Assembly (NCBI GenBank): GCA_009602725.1 | Contig: WELB01000001.1 | Location: forward strand, 1,476,997-1,527,736 | Length of the DNA: 50,740 nt | Direction of reading: 5' to 3' | DNA from: Spirogloea muscicola | Lineage: Eukaryota | Shown here: positions 10,055 through 20,865 of the stretch, piece after piece | Position numbering within the stretch: position 1 is the first letter of the stretch | How the letters are laid out: every line of letters starts with the position of its first letter | The notes under the pieces: model-generated | Told to the model about the DNA's origin: nothing | Database searches by the model: none | Seen by the model: only the letters and a program-made list of their open reading frames with translations | Position numbers and translations under genes: made by a program

Positions 10055-12490
10055 GAAGGCGCGAGTTGCGCACGAAACGAGGCCACATCAAGCCCATACA
10101 CTGTCCACGCAAAAGCTAGTGCGGAGTTGGTGCTAGACATTGAAGCGTAGACTGAGAGGGGGGCTAACGTAGAGAAAGCGTTGCTAAGAGGGGGAGATGG
10201 CGTGACGTGAAAAAGCCGGCTGCAGGAAAATGTGTGTATTAAGAGATGGGGAGGCCATGTGTGGCCAAGTACAAAGGCAAGCACATTGACAAATGCACGT
10301 CACCTGCTGCTAAGCCGACCCGCTCAGTAACCACGAGTCAGCACATAGAGGTCGCTAACTGATGCTCGAATACCGGATGGCAATCGACAAGCTCTCGGAC
10401 TACCAGCCAAGGCTCGACCAGCTTTCTGATGCAACGCATGAGCCTGAGCTCGCTGCAGGGGGGTTCTCAATATGCACGAGTGGTAATATACACGCTCGAC
10501 AGGCTAACTTGGGGAGCCTGAGCACCGCCACAGAAGCGGGTGGCCAAGCTCAGAGCCCAGCACGCCGATGAAGCCCTATAGATTGGGAGGGCTGCGGAGG
10601 GCGGGGAGCGTGCGCCGGCAACTCGCAACTGGCACCTTGCAACGGCGGTCGTAGTAGCTGGCGTGACAACTAGGGAGGGAAGAAAGTGAGCGTGTATGAA
10701 GAGATGGAGGGCCTGTGTGGCCAAGTACAAAGGCAAGCACATTGACAAATGTACGACACCTGCTGCTAAGCTGACCCGCTCAGTAACCACGAGTCAGCAC
10801 ATAGAGGTCGCTAACTGATGCCCGAATACCGGACAGCAATCGACAAGCTCTTGAGCTACCAGCTAAGGCTCGACCAGCTTTCTGATGCAACGCATGAGCC
10901 TGAGCTCGCTGCAGACAAGCTGACACTCGACGTCGCAAGAATGACAAGTAGGCTGCTGGCATGCCCATCGGAGCTGGAAGCATATCCTCACGTCGAGCAT
11001 ATCCCAAATTTGCAATATTCTCCAGTAGGGTATGGAAGCGAGGACCCATGCAGCCGAAAGTGTCAATTGCCGCCGGCAGGAGGTGATCGCTGCGGGGGTA
11101 GTCAGAGTAGTGTCGGAGCTTTCTCTGCTCAGCACCTCCCACTGCGTGGCCAGCAATGTGCGTCGATGCGGAACTCTTGTATGCCTTCGTCCAACCTTTA
11201 CCACCACATCAACCAAGGCTCCTGGGCCTCCGCCAGGTTGTTCACTCACAATGTCCAGGGTGCGACAGTGATGGCGTCCCTGAGAATCCGTGGTGATGGG
11301 CATTATATCTTCCACAATAGCGCGGTAGCCGGCGTCGCGCATCAGGTTCGCGAGGGCGTCCTGTAGGAGATTATGGACGCCCACCACCTCAGGGCCTGTG
11401 AGACACCGCAGCATGTGGGTGGCAAGGTCTCCGCCCTCCGCACGGAAGCCGCACCCACACTGAGTTACTCCAATCAGGCAGGTCGGGGGCAGGCCCAGGA
11501 ACAGCTGGAAAAGCGTCCGATATTCCTCGGGGCTAATTTTGAAATGCTTTATAGATGGCGTGCGTTGTGAGCCAGTCTGTTGCCCCAGGTGTTGCGAGCG
11601 ACGTGAGACGTGCCAGACTCCTTGGATTGGTCCTGATATCTGGCAGCTGAAGGTTCGCGGTGCGCCTGAGATTAAAGCGTGGCCATTCCAAGCCAATACA
11701 TTGTTCAGACGAAAGAATAGCGCAAAGAAAAGGGGCCTTAAGGACCCGTCCTACGTCTACTTCTACAGATTTGGCGCGCGGTGCGCATGAATTAAAAGGG
11801 TGGCCAATCCAAGCCATAACATTGTTCAGGCAACAACTGGTGCAAAAGATGTGAGGTAAGCTCATCTTTTTTGGGTGAGGGAGAGGGATGTGGAAACCGC
11901 TGGGAAAACCCAGCCCGAAATATTGGAAGAAGTGGCACTCCCAATGGGGGCAAGGGCTGTGAAAAAGCCAGACCGAAAAGAATTGACAAAGGTTCGAAGG
12001 GGCCAGAAAACGCTTAGCAGCTACGAAGGGGCAAGAAGAAGGGGCGTGAGGAAGCTATGGCAGTACGGGGGGAGGATGGACCACTCAGTAGTTACTAGTG
12101 AGGAGCCTCAAATCCGACAGACTAGCTGCCAGAAAAGTATCCCCCTGACGAAAGCCAGAGGCCGCAGCGAGAGCACGGCCAGCACGCAGATGCAAGGCTT
12201 GGGCCATGGACGGCTGAAGAAAGACCGCCAACCTCATACGATAGACTTGGGCCCAAGAGCCAGCGGCGTTGAAGTTGGCCGCTCACCGCGCCAAAAAGCA
12301 AGCCTGGCTAGCAGGTCGAGCCACTGGGACCCGAGAGCCCCGTGCACGTCCACAGCCAGGGGGACGAACTCATCAGCAGCAGGGTGGTCGGCGTGTTTGG
12401 CCGCCTTGCTGCGAGCAGCCTTCGCCGCGAGCAGCCTTGGCCAGCCCGCGAGGCAGAGAGCCCCGGGTTGGAGCGGTCGACCACATCAGT
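10055..12490 (-). mobile_element. Head-to-tail cluster of 5'-truncated RLE non-LTR retrotransposon 3' ends
   Basis: Reading the minus strand: A-type ORF end (12490-12085, ...DEFVPLAVDVHG...QVYRMRLAVFLQ...SLSDLRLLTSNY*) with motif X; partial X; two motif Y copies (~11770-11830, ~11655-11715); long B copy; D-type end (...SLSSVYITTRAY*, stop 10467); short B copy (stop 10324) with motif Z; Y-like copy (~10055-10115). Confidence 0.85.
10780..11645 (-). pseudogene. Zinc knuckle plus restriction-like (PD-D/ExK) endonuclease C-terminus of a CRE/R2-type LINE ORF
   Basis: Across frameshifts: ARLTSLATPGATDWL, YRTLFQLFLGLP, CGC-x11-HMLRC, HNLLQDAL, LDIV...LVDVVV, AEQRKLRHY, PAAIDTFG, RVSACLQRAQA. This is the typical motif order of RLE-clade elements. 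Confidence 0.85.
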
Positions 12491-12912
12491 GGTGACCACA
12501 TCCGTCTAATAATAAGAGTCGTTCTTCGAAAACAAAGATTGGAGAAGATGTAGCTGCGGCGAAACGGGAACTTCACTGACAGCCCGTTCTATTACAGATT
12601 GTATGAGCTCACATATATCTCAGACATAAACTTGTATTTAGCCAAACCAATTGATAATGAGATACTGTGTTTATGTCATCTGTGTGAATCCAGTTGTTTA
12701 CTTGTCCTTGACCTTACATGTACTTTCATTATCTGCAGTCAATTGTAATTTCTCAAATTCGGCAGTCCAGTTTATCGCCGAAGACGTGTACCACGACGTC
12801 GTCGCGCTGCGAAGCGCCACTGGCCGTCGGGATGGACGACGGGGGGGAGGGCGGGCCCCTCCGGCCAACGCGGCCACGCGGCGGGCCCGCGCGGCCCACA
12901 ATGACGGCCGCT

Positions 12913-12935
12913 TGACGTCAGGCCGCGCCACGTGG
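12913..12935. promoter_or_regulatory. Adjacent bZIP-type palindromes TGACGTCA and G-box GCCACGTGG upstream of the CAD-like gene
   Basis: Exact motifs at 12913-12920 and 12927-12935, about 380 bp before the ATG. Function is inferred only. Confidence 0.3.
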
Positions 12936-13032
12936 GGGTCTGCGGAGCGAGTTGCATAATCAGGTGCCCACCAGGGCTCCTCAATCAGCTACCACCCTCC
13001 CCCCCATCACTCCCCCCCGTACTCTCCCACGC

Positions 13033-13100
13033 CTTATGTGCTTGCCTTTGTACTTGGCCACACATGGCCTCCCCATCTCTTAATATACATGCATTTTCTT
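13033..13100 (+). repeat. Isolated RLE-LINE 3' UTR motif Z
   Basis: TGTGCTTGCCTTTGTACTTGGCCACACATGGCCTCCCCATCTCTTAATA matches the reverse complement of 10237-10285. Confidence 0.8.
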
Positions 13101-13309
13101 GTCGCCCGTTCTAACCCATCAGCTCCCCATTACCCGCTCGCAGTTCATCGCGAGATCGCCGCCGCCGCCGCCGCCGCCACCAGCTCCTGCGGCCCCGCCG
13201 CCTGTGCCGTCTGATCGCGCCGTGCGCGCGAGCTCGTCTCCCCGATCTCTCGTCAGGCCTGCCTTTGGCGCTCCCAACGCCCCGCTGCACTCTACCACCA
13301 GCTGCTGCC

Positions 13310-15337
13310 ATGGTTAGCAAGGGAAGCATCAAGGTGAGCGCAGAGTACATGGGCTCCTCCCTTTGCCTTCCAAAGCGGGCGAGGCTGGGCGCCGCAGGTC
13401 CACGATTAGGGCGATCGGAAGGGCCCAGGATCTTTGGCGTGCTTGATATGCGCGTGGCTCTGCTGAAGCAGGGGTTTGACATTGAGGACCAATATCCCTT
13501 CTGGCTTGTCTCATCTGACAGTCTGTTTAGGAATGTATGATGGAGCATGTCCGAAGCAGCTCGGAGCTCACGTGACTGGTGTTGTCACCATGATGCAGTC
13601 GTACGCTGCCAGAGATGAATCAGGCAAGCTATCCCCCTTCTCTCACCAGCTTCGCGAGGTGATGGAGACTGATGTGGTCATCAACATCAAGTACTGTGGA
13701 ATATGCCACAGCGACCTACATCAGGTCTGGGCCTCTGTCATTTGTACACAGTGGAGTGAGTCATTGCTCAGCTGACTGAGCACCAGTCTGACATGCAGAG
13801 GTGGAGTTTGCAAGTTCCTGTTGATGTGATGGTGTCCCAAATCTAGGACGTAGTTGACGTGCTGAACGCCTTCACGCTTCTGATAGTGAGACTATCTTTA
13901 CAGGCAAAGAATGAGTGGGGCTCGACCAAATACCCAGTGGTTCCTGGTCATGAGATCATTGGCATAGTGGAGAAGATGGGGCCGAAGGTCAGCAAGTTCC
14001 ATGAAGGTGATCGCGTGGGCGTGGGTTGCTTCGTCCGCTCCTGCCATGAGTGCGATGCCTGTGACAAGGGGCTGGAGAACTACTGCCCTAAGGTGGTGCA
14101 GACATATGGCAATCCAGACTGGATGGTGGGGGGAGAACCCACTCGCGGAGGATTCTCCTCAATGATAATCGTTGAGGAGAAATTTGTTCTCCGGATCCCT
14201 GAGAACCTTCCATCAGCAGCGGCTGCACCGCTGTTGTGCGCTGGCATCACAACATACAGGTGCACGACCAAAGCCTGTTGAGATTGTTATCTGCTCTGAT
14301 CTCTCATACTGCGTGTGGAGTGTCTAAAACCGTTGCTTCTCATGTCTGACTGCCTTCAGTCCACTCAAGCACTTTGGGATGACGGAGCCTGGGAAGAAGC
14401 TTGGTGTTGTTGGCCTCGGAGGCTTGGGGCACATGGCTGTCAAATTTGGCAAGGGCATGGACTTGCATGTCACAATTCTGAGTACCTCTCCAAGCAAGGA
14501 GGACGAGGCTCTGAATACTCTTGGAGCTGATGCTTTCATTCCAAGCAAGGACGTAGAAAAGGTTTGGAAATTTAACCAAATTATTTCAAAAGTCTTCACA
14601 TCCCTTTCTGTTCTCTACGTAGCAGCAGAAATTGTAGGGCGAGGCGGACGAGCCACATACAATTTGCGTGGTTGTCATTACATGTCCTAAGAATCAACAG
14701 ATTGCACCTGCTTTCACATCCAGCACTTGGAATTACCTGTATGGAAGATGCCCTTTTCTTCATCTCAAATATTGAGCAAGTATCAATCTGGATATTGTGA
14801 CACTTGACATTTGTGCAGATGAAGCAAGCAGCTGGAAGCCTTGACTACATCATTGACACTGTGTCAGCTCCTCACCCCCTTGAGCAGTACCTTTTGCTTC
14901 TGAAAGTGGATGGAAAGGTTTGTTTGCTGACCTGTATTGACCTGTGCATATGTTTGTACCTATGCTAGCAATAGGTGTAACTTAACTTTGACCATAGCAA
15001 ATCTGCTGTGAAGCTCATCGGCACCTCTAAAGTTGCCTCATTCCCACCTCCACTTGTGCAGATGGTTCTTCTTGGTGTGCCCCCCGAGCCTTATGAGATG
15101 TCGGCCGCCTCGTTGGTCTTCGGGAGGAAGATGTTGGCTGGAAGTTTGGTGGGTGGCATCAAAGAGACACAAGAGATGCTGGATTTCTGTGCTAAGAAGA
15201 ACATCACGTGCATGATCGAGATGATAACCTTGGACGACATCAATACAGCATTTGAGCGCATGGTCAATAACGATGTCAAGTATCGATTTGTTATCGACAT
15301 GGAGAAGAGCTTCTTGTTGAACAAGCCAGAGGAGTAG
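13310..15337 (+). CDS. CAD: Cinnamyl alcohol dehydrogenase-like Zn-dependent medium-chain dehydrogenase, 6 exons
   Basis: Exons ~13310-13333, 13599-13724, 13904-14259, 14360-14561, 14819-14917 and 15062-15337 with GT-AG introns. Motifs [24 protein letters not shown]-x2-C-x2-C-x7-[17 protein letters not shown] and DVKYRFVID. Confidence 0.93.
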
Positions 15338-16529
15338 GGCAATTATTCTACAACCCATAGGCCTGAAGTGAACAGGTTCTCACCCTTTGCATGACGTATA
15401 TTGGTGTCCTATTAACAATCATGTAAGCAGTAGCAAGCTTGTGCGTACTTGGTCCATGCAGTGGTTACACTCCTCTGTCTCATTGTACTCTACTAGACGA
15501 TCTTTCCACGATTGCACTGACTGTGGCCTGCATATAAGAGAAAGGCAGCTGTCGTGAGGTGCTAGTAGAAGCGTATGTATCATGTATCATGGAGCAGATT
15601 CTAATATCATCACAAGTTGCAAGTGCATCGACAAGTACATCATGCACTGGTTGGTTTCAAGAAGTCCTTATTGTGCATTTGCCTAGTCAGTACTTATTCA
15701 TCCATGCGCCAGGCTTCTATTGAGCTAGTGGGATGGAAATTTTGTAAAGCGTCGTGGAAACTCGAGTAATCTGTCATGAAATGGTCCTGTACCACTTATG
15801 TCAGGCTTCCGAACAGCCTTCGCTTTGCACGTGCCGCCTTTCAAATGCTAAAATCTTAGCGTTCACAATTTGGAAAAAGTTGTGGCGATGCTACCATTGG
15901 CTGTATTCTTGGTCTCTGGACAGGTATTATAGGGGTGGTCAATCTACCACAACCACCCCAGGGACGCCATGTCATGCCTCCGTGTGATCACGAGGCCGCT
16001 AATAACTACATCCATGATGCTCTGAAAATCCCAGCAGTCCAGTACGTGGCACGACGACCTAATCGCTTACACCACACGGCTATGCACGAGGTTACAGCAA
16101 AAAGACGAATGTTCTCTTGGTTACTCAGCTTGAAAAGAAGGCCAGATGAAGCCTCTGTACAGAGTTCAGGCATACACTAGTATGGAGGAGCTACTGGAGG
16201 ACGTCACGTCTCCACGCCAGACCCGCTCGATGGACGATTATCACCGCATGACAAATGCATCACCATGGATGTTGACATTGTAACGTTCTCGCCGTTGGGG
16301 CGTGCTAACGGTGGCAGTAATTTATCCAGTATCGTTTCTTCACCGTTGGGGCGTCGGTGTCGGTAATTCCGCTGCACCCTGTGTAGCTATTCCCGATGTC
16401 GGGTGAGTGAGTCCTGCCGAGGAGGGCCGCTGGGGCTCCCCTCGTCACCCACGCTACTTCGTGTCCCCATTGTTGGGCCCGCACCTCCGAGGGTGGGCCC
16501 TGGGACGACCCTCTTCAACCCCCCCGACT

Positions 16530-16662
16530 AATGTCCTCTTAGGTACCTTAGATTAGGTCTCCGTATTATGTAGCATTGTTTAGTCTGCACTCGACTCTGC
16601 CTGAACAATGTATTGGCTTGAATTGGCCTCCCTTTCAATTCATGCGCCCCGCGCGCCTTCTC
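16530..16662 (+). repeat. Dispersed motif Y (probable 3' UTR of another RLE-LINE subfamily)
   Basis: CCGTATTATGTAGC...GACTCTGCCTGAACAATGTATTGGCTTGAATTGGCCTCC...CATGCGCCCCGCGCGCCTTC is nearly identical to 35919-36017 and similar to three copies in the 10055-12490 cluster. Confidence 0.75.
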
Positions 16663-17102
16663 TCCCCCGGGGAGGGGTGGCAGGTGGAACGCTATCAGTA
16701 GAGGGCCGAGGCCAGACTGCTCAGTCGGACCCGTGACGCCGAGAGAGGCACAGCCCTGCTTGCCTGCTGCCGCAGCTGCCGCCACAGCCCTGCTGCTGCC
16801 GTCTGCTGCTCAGCCCGTCGCCACAGCTCGTCGCTGCATCCATCGCCGGCTCGCCGTAAATGCCATGCTTGCGCCACATCTGGAGACAGCTATTAAGCCA
16901 GACCACCAGTAGAGTCGCCGCCTTCCTGTGGTGCTCAGGGTAAGACTTCCGCTGTGCGGTATGCGCGTATGTGTTCTGTGTGCACTGGCGTTTCCACTCT
17001 GTAGGGGGGTAGTCCCTAACCCCCTAGGTCCGAACTCCGATCAGGACGTACTATCCCCTAATTGCATGTCTAGGGCTTAGGACGTTTCAGGCATGCAGCT
17101 GT

Positions 17103-17763
17103 TGTAACGAATGCTGTGGATCGCCAAGCCCGGGCTGCCGGCGACGCAAGGAAAAGCGGGAGGCATTGGGATGGGGCCGCAACGGTAAAACTGAGCAACG
17201 GTTACTGCAGGGGCAAGGGTCCAGGGGTCCGAGGTTGGGTGAAGAACTCACCCCCTCTCCCCATCTCGGGTGCCCCCTTTATAGCCCGACGGACTGCGAG
17301 CCCGGCCATACGGGCCCGGGTGGGATGTTCGGCACCCAGTCTCTCGTTGATGACCCGTCCACGACCTGTCGACGGCTATCAACGGCTACCACCGACAATC
17401 TACCCGTCACTCGCAGCTGACGGTCACTACCCCCAGGCTATCGTCAGCCGTCTATCATCCCCGTCAATACTAACGGCTAACAATGCCGTCAAGGCAGTCT
17501 ACAGCGCTGCCACCTCCCGTCGCCGTTCCAGCGCCAGCACCATGCTGTCTCGCGTGTCACGACTCCGGGTTGCGCCGCTCTCAGCTCTATATCAAAGCCA
17601 CGCTGCCCAGCCTGGTGAAATTGTCCGTCTCCAGGCATCTGTCAAGCCTTTCCTGCGGCACTGACAGTCAATTTATTTATCAGCCGGATGAGGTATCTAA
17701 TCTCCAGGCATCTGTCAATACATTACAGCTGCATTGACATTCCAGCCATGTAAATTCGTTACA
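17103..17763 (-). repeat. 3' LTR (661 bp)
   Basis: Direct repeat of 19251-19910, preceded on the minus strand by CTAAGGGGGGCGTTG (PPT, ~17764-17778). Confidence 0.97.
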
Positions 17764-19238
17764 CAACGCCCCCCTTAGAGGCGTAGCGTCCTCGCACGCC
17801 ACATTTTCCTTAGGCCTCCTTAGGCCAGACCTCAGTACACTGCCCTGTCTCGTCATGGAACCGGATGCATTGGCGAGTACAAGAAAGATTGGTGTGGGGA
17901 TGAGAGTCAAGAGCCACCCTGTAGCCCTTATCTTGGCGTCGTGCACAGTGCCTTGTCCAAGGGCCCTTGCACCGCGAAGTTGCTCAACATCCTCCACACA
18001 CCAATGCCATCATGGCTTCCCCATTGAAGACTCAGTTCTTCGTTTCTGGGGTGGTACTCCCTTCTTCACCAGAAGCTCCAGTCCACACGGAAAGCCGTCC
18101 ACTGGTTGTCGCCAGTGGGCACGTCGCTTCTTGGGCCAGCCACATGGGCTTCTAACCCCGGCAGTTTGTCAAAGGTGGACCTGATCCTTCAACACAAACA
18201 TCAAGGGAGGTCGGATTCCAGCAGCAGCAGCAGCCATAGTGCAGCAGCAGCAGCAGCAGCAGCAGCCAAAATGGCAGTATCGGCTACTATAGCAGCAGCA
18301 GCATGAGCACCAGGACCAGCAACAGCAGGAATACAGCCAGGCGAGATAGCATCACCGTCATCCTCTGACTCTTCAGGATCGTTCCCATGTCGAGGAGCTC
18401 CCTTATGCCATCCGTTGCCATGCTCGCCGACGCGTGCCAAACGTCGAGTTGGTGGCGCGGTCGGCACCACAGGGCTCCATGGAAATGACCCTCATCTCGT
18501 GTGGTATAAAGCAGTTGGCTCCCCCAAATTGAGCTGAGCCAGTCCTGCACTTTCCCCTAGCCCAATACAGAGGCTACTCTGGCACTGGTGCCACTCTTGC
18601 ACAGTCCAGCATTGGAGCCAAAGCTCCTATGGCAATCTCAACAGCATGAAGACTCTCGGCCTCAAAACGGCTAAGTCACATATGCATGCAAGCGACACAC
18701 AGTCTTGCACAGGCTGTTGTTTTGCCATGGCAGGAATCACCATTCAGAGCATCAAGGACAAGAAACACAAACTCGGCCTTGAGCACATAGTCAACCTTCA
18801 CCTCCCAACCGCCGCTGAATTGGACATGCTGACAAGCAGCCAGTCCTACCAATAGCAGGGGATGTGCGCGTGAAGGGTTGACCCGGCGACAGCTGCCGTT
18901 GGGGTGCCAGTGGCGACGACGGCACGACCGACTTCACCTCGACGCCATGGTTGACAGTTGTGGCCCTTCCGGACCTCTGCCGACCCCCTGTTGTCGCCAC
19001 TGCTGGCGGCAACGGTCCCTCCGGACCCCTGTGGACACCAGCGGTTGCTAGCCGCTAGGTCCGCGGACTCACCCACGATGCAGGCAGAGAAGCTCGTCCA
19101 CCAGGCATCGTCGCGAGTGGTGTACCCGGCCGCTCGCGTGCAGGAGTTGTTGCACACGCGCCACACATCCCGCTTCCGCAGCGCCTCCTTGCCCGCCATG
19201 GCGCACACACCGTGTGAGCGCTGGCGAGGGCTTGTCTC

Positions 19239-19249
19239 CTCTGATACCA
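19239..19249 (-). other. Primer binding site complementary to initiator tRNA-Met
   Basis: Minus strand reads TGGTATCAGAG one base after the LTR end, the canonical plant iMet PBS. Confidence 0.9.
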
Positions 19250-19250
19250 T

Positions 19251-19910
19251 TGTAACGAATGCTGTGGATCGCCAAGCCCGGGCTGCCGGCGGCGCAAGGA
19301 AAAGCGGGAGGCATTGGGATGGGGCCGCAACGGTAAAACTGAGCAACGGTTACTGCAGGGGCAAGGGTCCAGGGGTCCGAGGTTGGGTGAAGAACTCACC
19401 CCCTCTCCCATCTCGGGTGCCCCCTTTATAGCCCGACGGACTGCGAGCCCGGCCATACGGGCCCGGGTGGGATGTTCGGCACCCAGTCTCTCGTTGATGA
19501 CCCGTCCACGACCTGTCGACGGCTATCAACGGCTACCACCGACAATCTACCCGTCACTCGCAGCTGACGGTCACTACCCCCAGGCTATCGTCAGCCGTCT
19601 ATCATCCCCGTCAATACTAACGGCTAACAATGCCGTCAAGGCAGTCTACAGCGCTGCCACCTCCCGTCGCCGTTCCAGCGCCAGCACCATGCTGTCTCGC
19701 GTGTCACGACTCCGGGTTGCGCCGCTCTCAGCTCTATATCAAAGCCACGCTGCCCAGCCTGGTGAAATTGTCCGTCTCCAGGCATCTGTCAAGCCTTTCC
19801 TGCGGCACTGACAGTCAATTTATTTATCAGCCGGATGAGGTATCTAATCTCCAGGCATCTGTCAATACATTACAGCTGCATTGACATTCCAGCCATGTAA
19901 ATTCGTTACA
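19251..19910 (-). repeat. 5' LTR (660 bp)
   Basis: Direct repeat of 17103-17763. Minus-strand TATAAAG at ~19424-19430, with the PBS directly adjacent. Confidence 0.97.
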
Positions 19911-20029
19911 GCTGTTGTGTACTTATGGTCCACCTTCAGAGCGAGAGACTGGTTTGCCAAAATCAAGAGCTTACATATATCGACAAGATGGAGATTGCGT
20001 GTTGCACTGGCTGGCATAGTGTTCGGCTC

Positions 20030-20515
20030 TTTGGACCTTGTCCGTCCTTCTTGGGCAGGCCTTTCACAACCACTGCCTTCACCATCAATTGAAAGAGCTG
20101 TACTCTCTTTTTGCCCATGGCGGCCCTTCAGACCTTGTTCACTCCTGGGCTGGCCTCTAGTAGAGCCGCACCACGTGCCCTCTCAGTGGCTTGTGTAACG
20201 AGTGGTATTGGCTCATCGACACAGCGCGGCATTTTTTCATTGATTCATCGATTCATTTATTTATTTATCTATATATAGCCCCCCTTAGGAACTGTCGGCC
20301 GATCAGGCCGGCCGTGATGCCGACTGGCTCAACAACGTGTACAACAAGCGTCGCTCCGATCTGCAGCGACCAACTAGCGTCATTGCACCGCATCTGCGTG
20401 CCAACACCGTTTGACCTGCTGAGCGCTTTTGGCCCCTTCGAACCTTTTGTCAATTCTTTTCGGGCTGGCTTTTCACAGCCCTTGCCCCCATTGGGAGTGC
20501 CACCTTTCTCTTTTG
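20030..20515 (+). repeat. Three copies of RLE-LINE 3' UTR motif X
   Basis: Copies at ~20032-20072, ~20125-20168 and ~20430-20503. The last is nearly identical to the reverse complement of 11932-12005. Confidence 0.7.
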
Positions 20516-20865
20516 ACCCCTGCCACCCTGACGACGAACGTCGAACTCCGGCCCGTTCCGTCGACCGCGGAGTGTGATGTCACCCGCAGCTGCGTGGCAG
20601 ATGCGGTGAGCCTTCCGTTCCCCAACCCCCGGCTTTCACAGCCGCGCTCTTGGAACATCAGCAGCCGCGTTCGTCAGACCTTGCGCACTCCGTTTGGGCT
20701 GGCGGCTTACAGCCAGATTGCCTCCATACCAATAAGCTATTACTTCCTTGCCCTGGCGTTGGCCTGCCGGAGCTTCCCGGCAGGTCGGCTCAGCCCCCCC
20801 CCGGAAAGCCGCGTCGCCGTGCCGCACCTCTCTCAGCAGGAGGCCTCAAATAGCACGTCGCCTCG

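Larger units (their letters stand above)
17103..19910 (-). mobile_element. Intact young non-autonomous LTR retrotransposon (2808 bp)
   Basis: Near-identical LTRs with TGTAACGAAT...ATTCGTTACA ends and TSD GCTGT (17098-17102, 19911-19915). Minus-strand PBS TGGTATCAGAG and a G-rich PPT are present. No recognisable pol in the 1.49-kb interior. Confidence 0.97.

Noticed and set aside
11655..11830. Recurrent peptide EQCIGLxWPxF from motif Y as a protein repeat
   Set aside because: Indels between copies break the frame, and conservation fits a nucleotide or hairpin motif better.
16279..16530. TGTAACG start and CCGTTGGGGCGT direct repeats as a solo LTR
   Set aside because: No matching inverted end or TSD was found.
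17116..17737. 182-aa and 84-aa ORFs duplicated at 19314-19884
   Set aside because: They lie within the LTRs, antisense to the element, and the 1-bp indel shifts the frame between copies.
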